Below the pieces are notes generated by a model. That model was given only the letters and a program-made list of their open reading frames with translations, made no database searches and had not been told where the DNA came from. From an uncultured Gammaproteobacteria bacterium (lineage in GTDB: Bacteria; Patescibacteriota; Microgenomatia; Levybacterales; UBA12049), in assembly GCA_964553245.1 (NCBI GenBank), contig CAZKJM010000001.1, positions 209,806-273,805 on the forward strand: a stretch of DNA of 64,000 bases, given 5' to 3'. Of the stretch, positions 37,959 to 47,531 are shown piece after piece (position 1 is the stretch's first letter; every line of letters begins with the position of its first letter). Both the position numbers and the translations under genes were made by a program.

Positions 37959-39230
37959 CTAAAACGAAGATGCTGCCGAAGAAACAAACCTAAACTCTCT
38001 GATGGCTGTTACTTTTACTTCTCCCGGAACCGCTAAGGCTCTTGATATCTCATCTCTTATTTTGTCCGCAGCAATAACTGTTTGATTATCATCTAAGACT
38101 CCGGGGTTTATTATTACTCTTATTTCTCTCCCTGCTTCAAATGCATAAGCATCTTCAACGCCTTCATTCCTTTTGGCAATTTCTTCCATTTCCCTTAATC
38201 TCTTTGCATATTCTTCAAAATCTTCGTATCTTGCACCTGGTCTTGCTCCAGAAATTGAATCTGCAGTGTAAACCAAAACCGATTCAACAGAAGAAAACGG
38301 TTTATCTTCATGATGTTCAGCAACGCAATTTATGATTTTTTCCGGTAAGCTATGTTTCTTTAAAAATTCTACTCCAAGCTTTACATGACTTCCGTCTCCC
38401 TCTAATACTTTTCCAATATCATGGAGAAGACAGGCAAGTCTTACTGTGTTTGCATCTGCGCCAATCTCATTTGCTAGATGAATTCCGATTTTTGTTTCCT
38501 CCAAAGTATGTACTGCCAAATTTTGCCCGTAAGAAGTTCTAAACTTAAATCTTCCGATTACCGACAATATTGCGGTTGGCAAATTAAAAACCCCTGCTTC
38601 GTGAGAAATTTTTTCTCCCTCTTCCAAAAGGACTTTTTCCAATTCTTTTTTTGTTTGTTCTACAATTTCTTCTATTCTAAAAGGTTGAACTCTCGTATCT
38701 TTTATCAATTTTTCCAAGGACCTTTTAGCAATCTCTCTTCTTATTGGATCAAATGATGATAGTCTTATTATTCCTTCTTCGTCTAAATCGACGTCTACTC
38801 CTGTTGCCTGTTCAAAAGCTCTTATATTTCTTCCTTCTTTTCCAATAATCCTTCCTTTTAGTTCTTCATCCGGGATTTTTACAGTAGAAAGAGTAAATTC
38901 TGCAACGTAATTTAACGCTCCATGACGCATTCCTTCTGCTAAAATCTCTTGCGCCTTTTTATCCGCTGTTTTTTTTGCAGAATCCTCTCTTTCCCTAATT
39001 AACTTAGCAACTGTTTCTGCATTTTTTTCTTCTATTCTTTTTAAGAGCTCTTTTTTTGCTTCCTCCTCGGAAAGTCCGGTTGTTTTTTGAAGTTTTTCCC
39101 TATATTCGTCTTTTAATTTAAATAACTCTTGCCTTTCTTTTTCGAGTTTTTCTTTTTCGCGATCTAATTTCTCTTCTTTTTCAAAAAGTTTTTTTTCTAA
39201 GATTACTAAATCTTGATTATTTTGTGTCAT
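37959..39230 (-). CDS. rny: ribonuclease Y-like (coiled coil + KH + HD domains), no N-terminal TM
   Basis: GKEGRNIRAFEQATGVDV (KH) and LLHDIGK (HD) motifs; 423 aa. Confidence 0.75.
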   Translation of the reverse strand: MTQNNQDLVILEKKLFEKEEKLDREKEKLEKERQELFKLKDEYREKLQKTTGLSEEEAKKELLKRIEEKNAETVAKLIREREDSAKKTADKKAQEILAEGMRHGALNYVAEFTLSTVKIPDEELKGRIIGKEGRNIRAFEQATGVDVDLDEEGIIRLSSFDPIRREIAKRSLEKLIKDTRVQPFRIEEIVEQTKKELEKVLLEEGEKISHEAGVFNLPTAILSVIGRFKFRTSYGQNLAVHTLEETKIGIHLANEIGADANTVRLACLLHDIGKVLEGDGSHVKLGVEFLKKHSLPEKIINCVAEHHEDKPFSSVESVLVYTADSISGARPGARYEDFEEYAKRLREMEEIAKRNEGVEDAYAFEAGREIRVIINPGVLDDNQTVIAADKIRDEISRALAVPGEVKVTAIREFRFVSSAASSF

Positions 39231-39358
39231 ATTAAAATATTTTTGAAGACAAAAAAATCACTTGGCTTTTTAAGCCTTGAGGGAAAGTTTGATCGAAAAG
39301 TTAAAATCTATTCTTTTCATATATACTTTCTCCAACAATTTCTGTTGTCTTTTGCTAA

Positions 39359-39835
39359 TTATACCTTTTTGCTTAACATCTCGTCAATGCTCTTCTTAAT
39401 CGTATTCCAATCAAAACCCTTAGAAGCAAGAAACATGCCCAATTTTTGATAAATTTTTTCTTTTGATAAGTTCTTATTTTCCAATCTATGTATTCTTTTT
39501 TTTAACAATATTTTCGCCATTTTCTCGTCAGGTGTTTGATTTTTAAAATTTGCTATTTGCTTTTGAGCGATCTCATCATTAATTCCCTTTTTCTTTAACT
39601 CAAACAATATAGTTTTCCAAGACCTAGGTCCTGATCTAACCCGCGACTGAATCCAAGCTCTTGCAAACTCACTGTCATCCAAAAACTTATACTCCTTAAG
39701 TTTTTTAATTATTTTATCTACGATTTCCTCTGGTGCTTTTTTAGTTTTTAATTTATCTACAATTTCTTTTTCGGAGCGCGGACGATATGACAGAAATTTT
39801 AAAGCTTTATTGTAAAATTTATCAAAATCTTCCAT
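39359..39835 (-). CDS. recX: RecA regulator RecX
   Basis: 158 aa; repeated three-helix motifs; ALKFLSYRPRSEKEI start typical of RecX. Confidence 0.7.
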   Translation of the reverse strand: MEDFDKFYNKALKFLSYRPRSEKEIVDKLKTKKAPEEIVDKIIKKLKEYKFLDDSEFARAWIQSRVRSGPRSWKTILFELKKKGINDEIAQKQIANFKNQTPDEKMAKILLKKRIHRLENKNLSKEKIYQKLGMFLASKGFDWNTIKKSIDEMLSKKV

Positions 39836-39864
39836 CTGGGGAAATTATACACTAATTATTTTTA

Positions 39865-40239
39865 TTATCGAAAGTTTCCATCAGGCCCAAAAGCAGCCAT
39901 AAGGTCTTCGCTAATTTCTTTAGCGATACGTTCTTCTCTTTTAACTTCTTCTTCTAAAACCCTACCAACAATCTTTGGACCAAAATAATCCCACAATCCT
40001 TCTCCTAAAGAAATTTCTTTATCAAAAGAGTCTAACTCTGCAAAAAGTGCATGCCTGCCATGATCATAAAAAACTGATCCATCCGGCGTATCCCATATTA
40101 TTATTTTCCCGAGTGGTCTTATTCCCATTGTCATTGTTGAAATTGTTTGTTTTGCCAAATTTGCCCTTTCTCGTCTTTCTGAAGTATCTTTCAGATTTAG
40201 AAACTCTAGCATTGTGGAATATGGTTGTTTTTCTTTCAC
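39865..40239 (-). CDS. hypothetical protein encoded between recA and recX
   Basis: 124 aa, no recognisable motif; tightly packed (4-nt gap to recA, 29-nt gap to recX). Confidence 0.45.
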   Translation of the reverse strand: MKEKQPYSTMLEFLNLKDTSERRERANLAKQTISTMTMGIRPLGKIIIWDTPDGSVFYDHGRHALFAELDSFDKEISLGEGLWDYFGPKIVGRVLEEEVKREERIAKEISEDLMAAFGPDGNFR

Positions 40240-40242
40240 AAT

Positions 40243-41319
40243 TTATTTTTCTGCTTCTGTTCCTAACTCAACTGGGGCAGGAGTAATTTTACTTTTTTGA
40301 GTTATTTCATCAATTATCTTTTTTGCCACCTCAGGTTTTTCTCTTAAAAACATAATCGCTGCCTGCTTTCCCTGTCCAAGCATTAATTCTCCATATCTAA
40401 AAAATGCACCTGATTTTTGAATAATATTCATTTCTACTCCGACATCCATAATTCCACCTTCCCTTGATATTCCTACGTCTTCCATAACATCAAACTCTGC
40501 AATCCTAAAAGGAGCCGAAACTTTATTTTTTACTATTTTCACTCTATGCCTTGAACCGATTACCTTATCTCCCTGTTTTAATGTTTCGATTTTTCTAATA
40601 TCCATTCTTACCGATGAGTAAAACTTAAGAGCTAATCCTCCTGTTGTGGTTTCTGGATTTCCAAACATTACGCCAATTTTTTGCCTTAGTTGATTAGTAA
40701 AAATTACTACTGTTTTGGATTTGGAAATAACTGCTGTTAATTTTCTTAAAGCCTGCGACATTAATCTTGCCTGAAGCCCAATCATTGCGTCTCCCATTTC
40801 TCCCTCTATTTCTGCTCTTGGCACTAGCGCCGCAACAGAATCAATAACTAAAACGTCAATTCCACCTGATCTTATTAAGCTTTCTGCAATCTCCAAAGCC
40901 TGTTCACCGGTATCCGGCTGGGATATTAAAAGCTCATCGAGTTTTACACCGATTCTTTCTGCCCAAATTGGATCAAGTGCATGCTCTGCATCTATAAATG
41001 CTGCAACTCCTCCGTGTTTTTGTGCTTGAGCAATAACAGAAAGACAAACTGTTGTTTTTCCAGAAGCTTCCGGACCATAAATTTCAATAATTCTTCCCCT
41101 TGGCAATCCACCTACTCCGAGTGCTAAATCAACGGGTAAACACCCTGTGGAAATAACGGAAATATCTAATTTTTGACCTATTTCCCCAAAGCGCATAATA
41201 GAACCTCTGCCGTATTGCTTTTCTATTTGTTCCATCGCTAACTTTACTGCTTCAAGTTTTTGAGATGATGTGTTATCGCTATTTGGTACTGTTTTTTGAG
41301 AATTAGAAGTCCTGCCCAT
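40243..41319 (-). CDS. recA: recombinase RecA
   Basis: GPEASGKTT Walker A; IDAEHALDP; L1/L2 loop regions; 358 aa. Confidence 0.95.
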   Translation of the reverse strand: MGRTSNSQKTVPNSDNTSSQKLEAVKLAMEQIEKQYGRGSIMRFGEIGQKLDISVISTGCLPVDLALGVGGLPRGRIIEIYGPEASGKTTVCLSVIAQAQKHGGVAAFIDAEHALDPIWAERIGVKLDELLISQPDTGEQALEIAESLIRSGGIDVLVIDSVAALVPRAEIEGEMGDAMIGLQARLMSQALRKLTAVISKSKTVVIFTNQLRQKIGVMFGNPETTTGGLALKFYSSVRMDIRKIETLKQGDKVIGSRHRVKIVKNKVSAPFRIAEFDVMEDVGISREGGIMDVGVEMNIIQKSGAFFRYGELMLGQGKQAAIMFLREKPEVAKKIIDEITQKSKITPAPVELGTEAEK

Positions 41320-41386
41320 GCAAATTATTCTAGTAATTTTTTATGATGAATGCAATAGGTCAAAATATTGTATAATTCTACTACTT

Positions 41387-41457
41387 CGGGGAGTAGTTTA
41401 ACGGTAGAATGCGCGCATGGGGTGCGTGTGACCGGAGTTCAATTCTCCGCTCCCCGA
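41387..41457 (+). tRNA. tRNA-Pro (anticodon GGG), no encoded CCA
   Basis: 7-bp acceptor stem CGGGGAG/CTCCCCG; T-arm CGGAG-TTCAATT-CTCCG; anticodon loop AT-GGG-GT with G37; TATAAT at 41371-41376 just upstream. Confidence 0.7.
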
Positions 41458-41482
41458 CTAAAAGATAGCTACGGAATTAAGC

Positions 41483-41511
41483 TTGCAATATACTTTCTTT
41501 TCCTTTAAAAT
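41483..41511 (+). promoter_or_regulatory. sigma70-type promoter TTGCAA-17-TAAAAT for uppS; predicted TSS at or within about 3 nt of the ATG (leaderless mRNA)
   Basis: -35 at 41483-41488, -10 at 41506-41511; only 9 nt to the uppS ATG at 41521; no SD. Confidence 0.45.
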
Positions 41512-41520
41512 ATCCTTTTT

Positions 41521-42318
41521 ATGCTTGAACAGTTAAGAATATTTAAAGACAGAATTCCTCATCCGCTTAAAGAAAAAAGAATTTTAAAAGAATTCGATGC
41601 GATCCCAAGGGAACAACTCTATGGCTTAACTATCGAAATGACAATGGACGGCAATGGACGGTTTGCTGAAAAAACAGGTATTCCATTAGAGAAAGGCCAT
41701 GCCGCAGGAGCCAAAAAGGGAGCTGAGCTAACAAGATTTATTTTAAACAATGGAATGAATTTAATTCTGTGGGGATTTTCTACGGATAATTGGAAAAGGC
41801 CAGAAGAAGAAAAAGAAAATATTTTTAGATTGATTGATAAAACAACTAAAGAATCATTGGAAGAGCTTATAAAAAGCGGGGTAAGAATATTTCATTTAGG
41901 AAGAAAAGACAGAATTCCTGAATATCTTCGAGAAACACTTATAGAAGCAGAGGAAAAAACAAAGGAAAATAAGGGTCCAATCCTAGCACTAGCTGTTGAT
42001 TACTCAGGTAGAGATGAATTAGAAAGAGCGGCTGAGAAAGCAAAAGAGGAAAAAACTTCAGACACATGGTGGAAATCAGTAAGAGAACACTGCGATGACA
42101 AAGGACTAATTCCGGACGGACTTCACGATAAAACTATTGCTATTAGAACTGGGGGTGACATGCGAACGTCCGGCTTTGGGTTTAGAATAGACTTTGCTGA
42201 GCTTTATTTCACACCTAAAAAGTTTCCTGAACTAACTATTGCAGATATTAAATCTATTATTGTGGATTATTTCAAAAGAAATAAAAGATTTGGAGGCCGC
42301 CCTAATAATAAGAATTAA
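41521..42318 (+). CDS. uppS: isoprenyl transferase (undecaprenyl-diphosphate synthase family)
   Basis: MDGNGRFA and FSTDNWKRP motifs of cis-prenyltransferases; 265 aa. Confidence 0.8.
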   Translation: MLEQLRIFKDRIPHPLKEKRILKEFDAIPREQLYGLTIEMTMDGNGRFAEKTGIPLEKGHAAGAKKGAELTRFILNNGMNLILWGFSTDNWKRPEEEKENIFRLIDKTTKESLEELIKSGVRIFHLGRKDRIPEYLRETLIEAEEKTKENKGPILALAVDYSGRDELERAAEKAKEEKTSDTWWKSVREHCDDKGLIPDGLHDKTIAIRTGGDMRTSGFGFRIDFAELYFTPKKFPELTIADIKSIIVDYFKRNKRFGGRPNNKN

Positions 42319-42321
42319 TTT

Positions 42322-42795
42322 TTATCTCTTTGGAGATTGTTTTCTTCTTCTTGATTTTCCACCCATTCCAACTTTTCTTCTTTCTCTAACTCTTGCATCT
42401 CTTGTTAAAAAACCTTTTTTCTTTAAAATTTGTCTGTTTTTAAGATCTATCTTAGATAAAGCCCTTGAAATCCCATGAATTAAAGCTTCTAATTGCCCAT
42501 TTAATCCTCCTCCAGAAATAACCGCTGTTATTAAATATTTATCTAGCGTATTAGTTATTTTAAAAGGCTCTAAATAACTTACCATTGAAATTTTTCCGCT
42601 GAAATACTGATCTGCTTTTTTATTATTTACAAAAATATCTCCCTTTTTAACATCTTGTCCCACAACTTTAAAATCCGGTTTTACGGATTGATAAAGCCTT
42701 ATTCTAGCAATTGCTTCCCTTCTTCTTCCAACTGCAAAAACGAAATCTTTCTTTACTTCTTTTTTTACTGGTTTTTCTAAAACCGTTTTTGTCAT
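42322..42795 (-). CDS. rpsI: 30S ribosomal protein S9
   Basis: GGGLNGQLEALIHGISRAL...TRDARVRERRKVG...RRKQSPKR C-terminus. Confidence 0.9.
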   Translation of the reverse strand: MTKTVLEKPVKKEVKKDFVFAVGRRREAIARIRLYQSVKPDFKVVGQDVKKGDIFVNNKKADQYFSGKISMVSYLEPFKITNTLDKYLITAVISGGGLNGQLEALIHGISRALSKIDLKNRQILKKKGFLTRDARVRERRKVGMGGKSRRRKQSPKR

Positions 42796-42797
42796 AA

Positions 42798-43223
42798 TTA
42801 ACCTTTCTTAAACTTATCTTGATATTTATGCTCTTCCCCCGCAAAAACAAATAATCTTTTTAGCATTTTATCCCTTAATCTGTTTTGAGGCAACATTCCT
42901 TTTACGGCGTGAATTATTATTTCCTCAGGTTTTCTTTCTCTTAATTTACTAAGTGTTTCTGTCTTAAGACCACCGGGATACCCTGAATGTCTATAATATT
43001 TTTTTTGCTCTTCTTTTTTACCAGTAACTTTAATATCCTTAGCGTTTAAAACAACGACATAATCTCCACAATCCAGGTTTCTAACAAAATTTGTTTTTGA
43101 TTTCCCTGCTAATAAAAGTGCTATTTCGTTTGCCACTCTTCCCAAAATTTTATTTTTAACATTTACTAAATGCCATTCTCTTTTTATTTCTGTTATTTTT
43201 GTTGCTTGTGTTGTTTTTTTCAT
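42798..43223 (-). CDS. rplM: 50S ribosomal protein L13
   Basis: REWHLVNVKNKILGRVANEIALLLAGK signature. Confidence 0.9.
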   Translation of the reverse strand: MKKTTQATKITEIKREWHLVNVKNKILGRVANEIALLLAGKSKTNFVRNLDCGDYVVVLNAKDIKVTGKKEEQKKYYRHSGYPGGLKTETLSKLRERKPEEIIIHAVKGMLPQNRLRDKMLKRLFVFAGEEHKYQDKFKKG

Positions 43224-43224
43224 T

Positions 43225-43701
43225 TTATTTCTTTATTTTTTTTACTGGTTTTTTATCCACTTTTCTTTTTTCAGACTTCATTATTTTTTGGTTTTTTTGT
43301 TTTTGATCTTTATTATCCGGTTTATGGATTGATATTTTATTTTCAATCGGTTTTTCTACCCATTCCATTAAAACCATCTGAGCATCATCGCCCAATCTTT
43401 TACCCAAGCGAATTATTCTTGTGTAACCACCATTTCTACCTTTAAATCTTGGTGCAATTTCTTTTATTAATTTATCTATTGCTTTTGAAGAAATTTTCTT
43501 CCCTAGAAGACTTTTTGCAAGATTGGTCTCTTTTCTTGCTTTGGTTATTAATTTATCCACTTCGCCTCTTATTGCCTTTGCTTTCATTTCCGTTGTCTTA
43601 ATTTGTTCTTCTAAAACCAATGAAGTCATCAAACTTTTTATCAACGCTTTTCTCTGATTCTTGTCTCTATTTAATTGTTTTCCAAAAATATTTTTTCTCA
43701 T
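43225..43701 (-). CDS. rplQ: 50S ribosomal protein L17 with Lys-rich C-terminal extension
   Basis: L17 core; about 35-aa KK-rich tail. Confidence 0.85.
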   Translation of the reverse strand: MRKNIFGKQLNRDKNQRKALIKSLMTSLVLEEQIKTTEMKAKAIRGEVDKLITKARKETNLAKSLLGKKISSKAIDKLIKEIAPRFKGRNGGYTRIIRLGKRLGDDAQMVLMEWVEKPIENKISIHKPDNKDQKQKNQKIMKSEKRKVDKKPVKKIKK

Positions 43702-43834
43702 AATTCTAAAAAATCCGAATACAAAAATCCGAAAAACGAAACAATCTTCAAATGTTCAAAATCCGAATATCAAAATTTTGAATTTTAGATTTTGGATTTG
43801 TTTCGAATTTCGAAATTAGAATTTCGGATTTAAT
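43702..43834. repeat. intergenic repeat cluster (AATCCGAA direct x3, inverted TTCGGATT, TTCGAA palindromes) between rpoA and rplQ
   Basis: aaaatccgaata / aaaatccgaaaa / aaaatccgaata at 43710-43770 and tttcggattt at 43822-43831. Confidence 0.6.
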
Positions 43835-44776
43835 CTATGCGTTTAACTCAACGCCTTTTTCTTTTAATTTTTCTTCTATTACTGCAATTGATTTTCCACC
43901 CATATTTCTCATAGATACTAATTCTTTTCTTGGTTTTTCTAAAATCTGTCCTATTGTTTCTATTCCGCCATTTCTTAAACTGTTATAAATTCTTGTTGGC
44001 AAATCTAATTCATCAACCGTCATTCTTAAAACTGATTCCGGAATTGCCGATGTGGCAGGTGCACTTTCGGATACCATACTCGTTTTTGGTTCAAAAACTT
44101 GGAAGAAATATGATGCCAAAATTCTTGCTGCCTGATCTAGTGCATCTTTTGGATTAACAACTCCATTTGTCCAAATTTTTAAGGTAAGCTTGTCTAAATT
44201 TGTTTGTCTTCCAACACGGGTTGCGGAAATATCATAGCTAACCCTTCTAACGGGAGTAAAAATTGCATCCGTTGGAATTACGCCTAGCGTATTAATTTTT
44301 CTTTCTTCTGCTAATGAGTATCCCATTCCTTTTTCTATTGTTAATTCCAAATCTAATTTTGCCTTTTTATCACTTAAAAAACCCAAGTAATGATCTTTAT
44401 TTACTATCTCAACATCTTCTGATAATTCTAGGTCTTTAGCAGTAATTTCCTTTGGACCCTTAACCGAAAGCTTTACCGTACTTACGTTTTTGGAATTTAA
44501 AAGCCTAAAATTTAATCCTTTTATATTAAGTAAAAAGTCTATAATATTTTCTTTAAGCCCCGGAATTGTAGAAAATTTATGTTTTACTCCAGAAATTTTA
44601 ACGGATGTTACGGCTGCTCCCGGAATTGATACCATCAAAACTCTTCTTAAAGCGTTTCCGAGAGTATGTCCATAACCAGGCTCGAGGGGTTCTATAATAA
44701 ACTCACCGTAATCACCGGTTGCCTTTTCTTGTTTAACTTTAAACATTGGTTCAGTCATAAATTGATATTTTACCAC
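43835..44776 (-). CDS. rpoA: DNA-directed RNA polymerase subunit alpha
   Basis: 313 aa; NTD dimerisation and CTD; matches RpoA layout. Confidence 0.9.
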   Translation of the reverse strand: MVKYQFMTEPMFKVKQEKATGDYGEFIIEPLEPGYGHTLGNALRRVLMVSIPGAAVTSVKISGVKHKFSTIPGLKENIIDFLLNIKGLNFRLLNSKNVSTVKLSVKGPKEITAKDLELSEDVEIVNKDHYLGFLSDKKAKLDLELTIEKGMGYSLAEERKINTLGVIPTDAIFTPVRRVSYDISATRVGRQTNLDKLTLKIWTNGVVNPKDALDQAARILASYFFQVFEPKTSMVSESAPATSAIPESVLRMTVDELDLPTRIYNSLRNGGIETIGQILEKPRKELVSMRNMGGKSIAVIEEKLKEKGVELNA

Positions 44777-45384
44777 TATCTTGAATAATATTCAATGATT
44801 AATTGCAAATCAAAGGGAACTTCAAAATCTCCTTTTTTTGGCATTCTTACCAACTTGCCGGAAAATCCTTTTCTTTGAACGAAAGATAATGTTTTTTGTT
44901 CTTCCTGATCTTTTAAAAGTTCCAAAACTTTTGGATTTTTTTGAGTTTTAACAGATAACGTAATTACATCATTAACTTTTGCTTGATAAGACGGTATATT
45001 TATTTTTTTATCGTTTACTAAAACATGACCATGTGAAACAAATTGCCTTGCCATTGCTCTTGTTTTAGCAAATCCTATTCTATAAACAAGATTGTCTAGT
45101 CTTGTTTCAAGCATTGCTACTATTAATTCTTTTGTGTCTCCTTTTTTCTTTCTTACATCCTCAACAATTTTTTTAAATTGTTTTTCTAAAAGACCATATA
45201 CTACTTTTGCTTTTTGTTTTTCTCTTAGCTGAAGTCCATATTCCGAAAGTCTTCTTTTTCTTGTTTTTCCATGGACTCCCGGCGGGATATTTATTCTCCT
45301 CTGAAGGCTTTTTGAAGACTTATCCAAAAGATTAACTCCCTCTCTTCTGGCCAATCTATGTTTTGGTCCTGTATACCTAGCCAT
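44776..45384 (-). CDS. rpsD: 30S ribosomal protein S4
   Basis: MARYTGPKHRLARREG start. Confidence 0.95.
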   Translation of the reverse strand: MARYTGPKHRLARREGVNLLDKSSKSLQRRINIPPGVHGKTRKRRLSEYGLQLREKQKAKVVYGLLEKQFKKIVEDVRKKKGDTKELIVAMLETRLDNLVYRIGFAKTRAMARQFVSHGHVLVNDKKINIPSYQAKVNDVITLSVKTQKNPKVLELLKDQEEQKTLSFVQRKGFSGKLVRMPKKGDFEVPFDLQLIIEYYSR

Positions 45385-45432
45385 AGATTATCCTCCAATC
45401 TATGAAATTTCCAATTTTTATTGAACTCTTTA

Positions 45433-45459
45433 ATATTTGATATTTGATATTTGATATTT
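45433..45459. repeat. heptanucleotide microsatellite (ATATTTG) about 3.9 copies in the rpsD-rpsK spacer
   Basis: Direct reading of tandem copies. Confidence 0.7.
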
Positions 45460-45462
45460 CCA

Positions 45463-45867
45463 CTAGATTCTTCTCCTTTTTTCTGCTCTTGGTCCGTTAT
45501 GAGGAATTGGTGTTAAATCTGCAATCAGCGATATAGATAATCCTGCAGATTTTACTGCTCTTAACGCAGCATCTCTTCCAGAGCCAGGTCCTTTAACGTA
45601 AACCTCTACTGTTTTTATTCCCTTTTCTATCGCTTTTTTTGCAGCTTGCTCCATTGCTGTTGTTGCAGCAAACGGTGTCGATTTTCTGGTTCCCTTAAAT
45701 CCGCTTGCACCCGCTGATCCCCACGCAACTGTATCACCTTTGTCATTAGTAATAGTAATTAAAGTGTTATTAAAAGTTGCCATAACATAAACTTTTCCAA
45801 GCTCAGAGATTTTAAGATTTGATTTCTTCTTTGTAGTTTTTGTTGTTTTAACTGTTTTTTTTGCCAT
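45463..45867 (-). CDS. rpsK: 30S ribosomal protein S11
   Basis: S11 core [19 protein letters not shown]. Confidence 0.95.
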   Translation of the reverse strand: MAKKTVKTTKTTKKKSNLKISELGKVYVMATFNNTLITITNDKGDTVAWGSAGASGFKGTRKSTPFAATTAMEQAAKKAIEKGIKTVEVYVKGPGSGRDAALRAVKSAGLSISLIADLTPIPHNGPRAEKRRRI

Positions 45868-45870
45868 ATA

Positions 45871-46287
45871 TTATTTTCCCCCTGCTGTTTTTGCTTTTAC
45901 AGCCTGCTCCATTTTTGCTGCCACTTCTTTCTTTATAGCTCCAATAGTAACTCTCTTTCCTCTTTTTGTTCTTGCGTTAGATCTTGTCCTTTGCCCCCTT
46001 GCCGGCAATCCTTTGCTATGCCTTGTTCCTCTATAGGCACCAATTTCCTTTAACCTTCTAATGTTTTCCTGAATTTCTACTTTTAAATCTCCTTCAAGTT
46101 TATAAGTTTCCAAAGCTTTTTGAATCTTTTTTTGCTCTTCCTCATTTAATTTATTTACTCTTTTAGATCCATCTATCTCTGCTTTTTTTAATATATCTAT
46201 AACATTTCCTCTTCCTATCCCATAAAGATAAGTAAGCGATATGTCTAGTCTCTTGTTGTCCGGTATTGTTACTCCTAAAATACGCAT
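45871..46287 (-). CDS. rpsM: 30S ribosomal protein S13
   Basis: MRILGVTIPDNKRLDISLTYLYGIGR start. Confidence 0.95.
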   Translation of the reverse strand: MRILGVTIPDNKRLDISLTYLYGIGRGNVIDILKKAEIDGSKRVNKLNEEEQKKIQKALETYKLEGDLKVEIQENIRRLKEIGAYRGTRHSKGLPARGQRTRSNARTKRGKRVTIGAIKKEVAAKMEQAVKAKTAGGK

Positions 46288-46293
46288 ATTAAA

Positions 46294-46407
46294 TTAACCC
46301 TGTCTTTGCTTGTGTCTTGGATTCTCACAAACAACCCTTAAAACTCCTTTTCTTTTTATTACTTTGCATTTTGTGCATCTTGGCTTAACGCTTGCTTGAA
46401 CTTTCAT
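46294..46407 (-). CDS. rpmJ: 50S ribosomal protein L36 (zinc-binding C+ form); not in ORF track because only 37 aa
   Basis: Reverse translation [37 protein letters not shown]. Confidence 0.9.
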   Translation of the reverse strand: MKVQASVKPRCTKCKVIKRKGVLRVVCENPRHKQRQG

Positions 46408-46412
46408 AATAA

Positions 46413-46631
46413 TTATTTAATTCTATATGTTATCCTACCTTTTGTTCGATCGTAAGGTGTGACCTCAACCCTTACCTTATCTCCCGGCAGTATTTTTATA
46501 AAATGCATCCGCATTTTTCCTGACAAATGACAAAGAATTACTTCACCGTTTTCGAGCTCAACCCTAAAAAGAGTATTTGGTAAAGACTCTTTTACTATGC
46601 CTTCAAATTCAAATGATCCCTGATGAGTCAT
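46413..46631 (-). CDS. infA: translation initiation factor IF-1
   Basis: 72 aa S1-like OB fold; [19 protein letters not shown]. Confidence 0.95.
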   Translation of the reverse strand: MTHQGSFEFEGIVKESLPNTLFRVELENGEVILCHLSGKMRMHFIKILPGDKVRVEVTPYDRTKGRITYRIK

Positions 46632-46650
46632 AAATAAAAACTTCTAATAC

Positions 46651-46684
46651 AACAAAAAACCTAATCAGTTTTTAAGCTGATTAG
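46651..46684 (-). terminator. hairpin (CTAATCAG-8-CTGATTAG) plus U-run in the infA leader, 20 nt upstream of the start codon
   Basis: 8-bp inverted repeat at 46661-46684 followed on the minus strand by GUUUUUUGUUG. Confidence 0.45.
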
Positions 46685-46717
46685 AAAATAGCTATATTTC
46701 GAAATTTTCTTAAAAGT

Positions 46718-46746
46718 ATTATATCAGAACAGCCTTAAAACAGCAA
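46718..46746 (-). promoter_or_regulatory. promoter TTGCTG-17-(TGa)TATAAT for infA (extended -10)
   Basis: Minus-strand -35 at 46741-46746; TGaTATAAT at 46718-46726. Confidence 0.55.
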
Positions 46747-46751
46747 TACTA

Positions 46752-47525
46752 TTACGTTAATACTAAAGGATCGTTTTTTGTTATGGCAATTGTTTTCTCA
46801 AAAGTTGCCGAAAGACTCTTGTCTTTTGTTACTATTGTCCAGTTATCGTTTTTTGATCTTAAAACTTCATGTCTACCCATATTATAAATAACCTCAATTG
46901 CCAAAGTCATTCCATTCTTTAAGATAGGCGAAGAATCTATTTTTCCATATAAAAATCCTGGGATTTCCGGTTCCTCATGTAATTTTCTACCTACTCCGTG
47001 ACCAACAAGGTTTCTTACAACAGAATATCCTGCGCCCTCAACAATATTTTGAATTGTTTTTGAAATATGCCCAATCCTATTTCCCTCTTTTGAGACTTTG
47101 ATAGCTTCTCTTAGAGCTCTTTTTCCTGTATCTAAGAATTTTTGAATTTCGCTTCTGTTAGTAATTAATTGTTGTTTGTTGTTTGTTGAAACACAAAGCG
47201 TTTCCGACATATCTGTAAAAAAACCTTTATAAAAAACTCCACAATCTATGCCAACCACGTCGTTTTCTTTAAAAACGTAATCTGTTGGTAAACCATGAAC
47301 AACCTGATCGTTTGTAGAGACACATAATGTATAATTATATGAATCAACTTTTTTAAAACCGGGTTCTCCACCTTTTTTAACGATAAGCGCTTCTGCTAAT
47401 TTATCTAATTCTTTTTCTGAAACTCCCGGCTTTAAGTAATCAATTAATTCACTCATTGTTTCAGCGAGAATTTTTCCACCGAAGCGCATTATTTCTATTT
47501 CTTGATCGTTTTTAATCTTAATCAT
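46752..47525 (-). CDS. map: methionine aminopeptidase type I
   Basis: 257 aa; metal-ligand D/D/H/E/E pattern (GIDCGV..., HGVGR...). Confidence 0.9.
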   Translation of the reverse strand: MIKIKNDQEIEIMRFGGKILAETMSELIDYLKPGVSEKELDKLAEALIVKKGGEPGFKKVDSYNYTLCVSTNDQVVHGLPTDYVFKENDVVGIDCGVFYKGFFTDMSETLCVSTNNKQQLITNRSEIQKFLDTGKRALREAIKVSKEGNRIGHISKTIQNIVEGAGYSVVRNLVGHGVGRKLHEEPEIPGFLYGKIDSSPILKNGMTLAIEVIYNMGRHEVLRSKNDNWTIVTKDKSLSATFEKTIAITKNDPLVLT

Positions 47526-47531
47526 GAAGAA

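Noticed and set aside
43702-43834. Possible CRISPR array or tRNA in the repeat-rich rpoA-rplQ spacer
   Set aside because: Repeats are 8-12 nt, irregularly spaced and partly inverted, with no repeat-spacer periodicity. No cloverleaf could be built.
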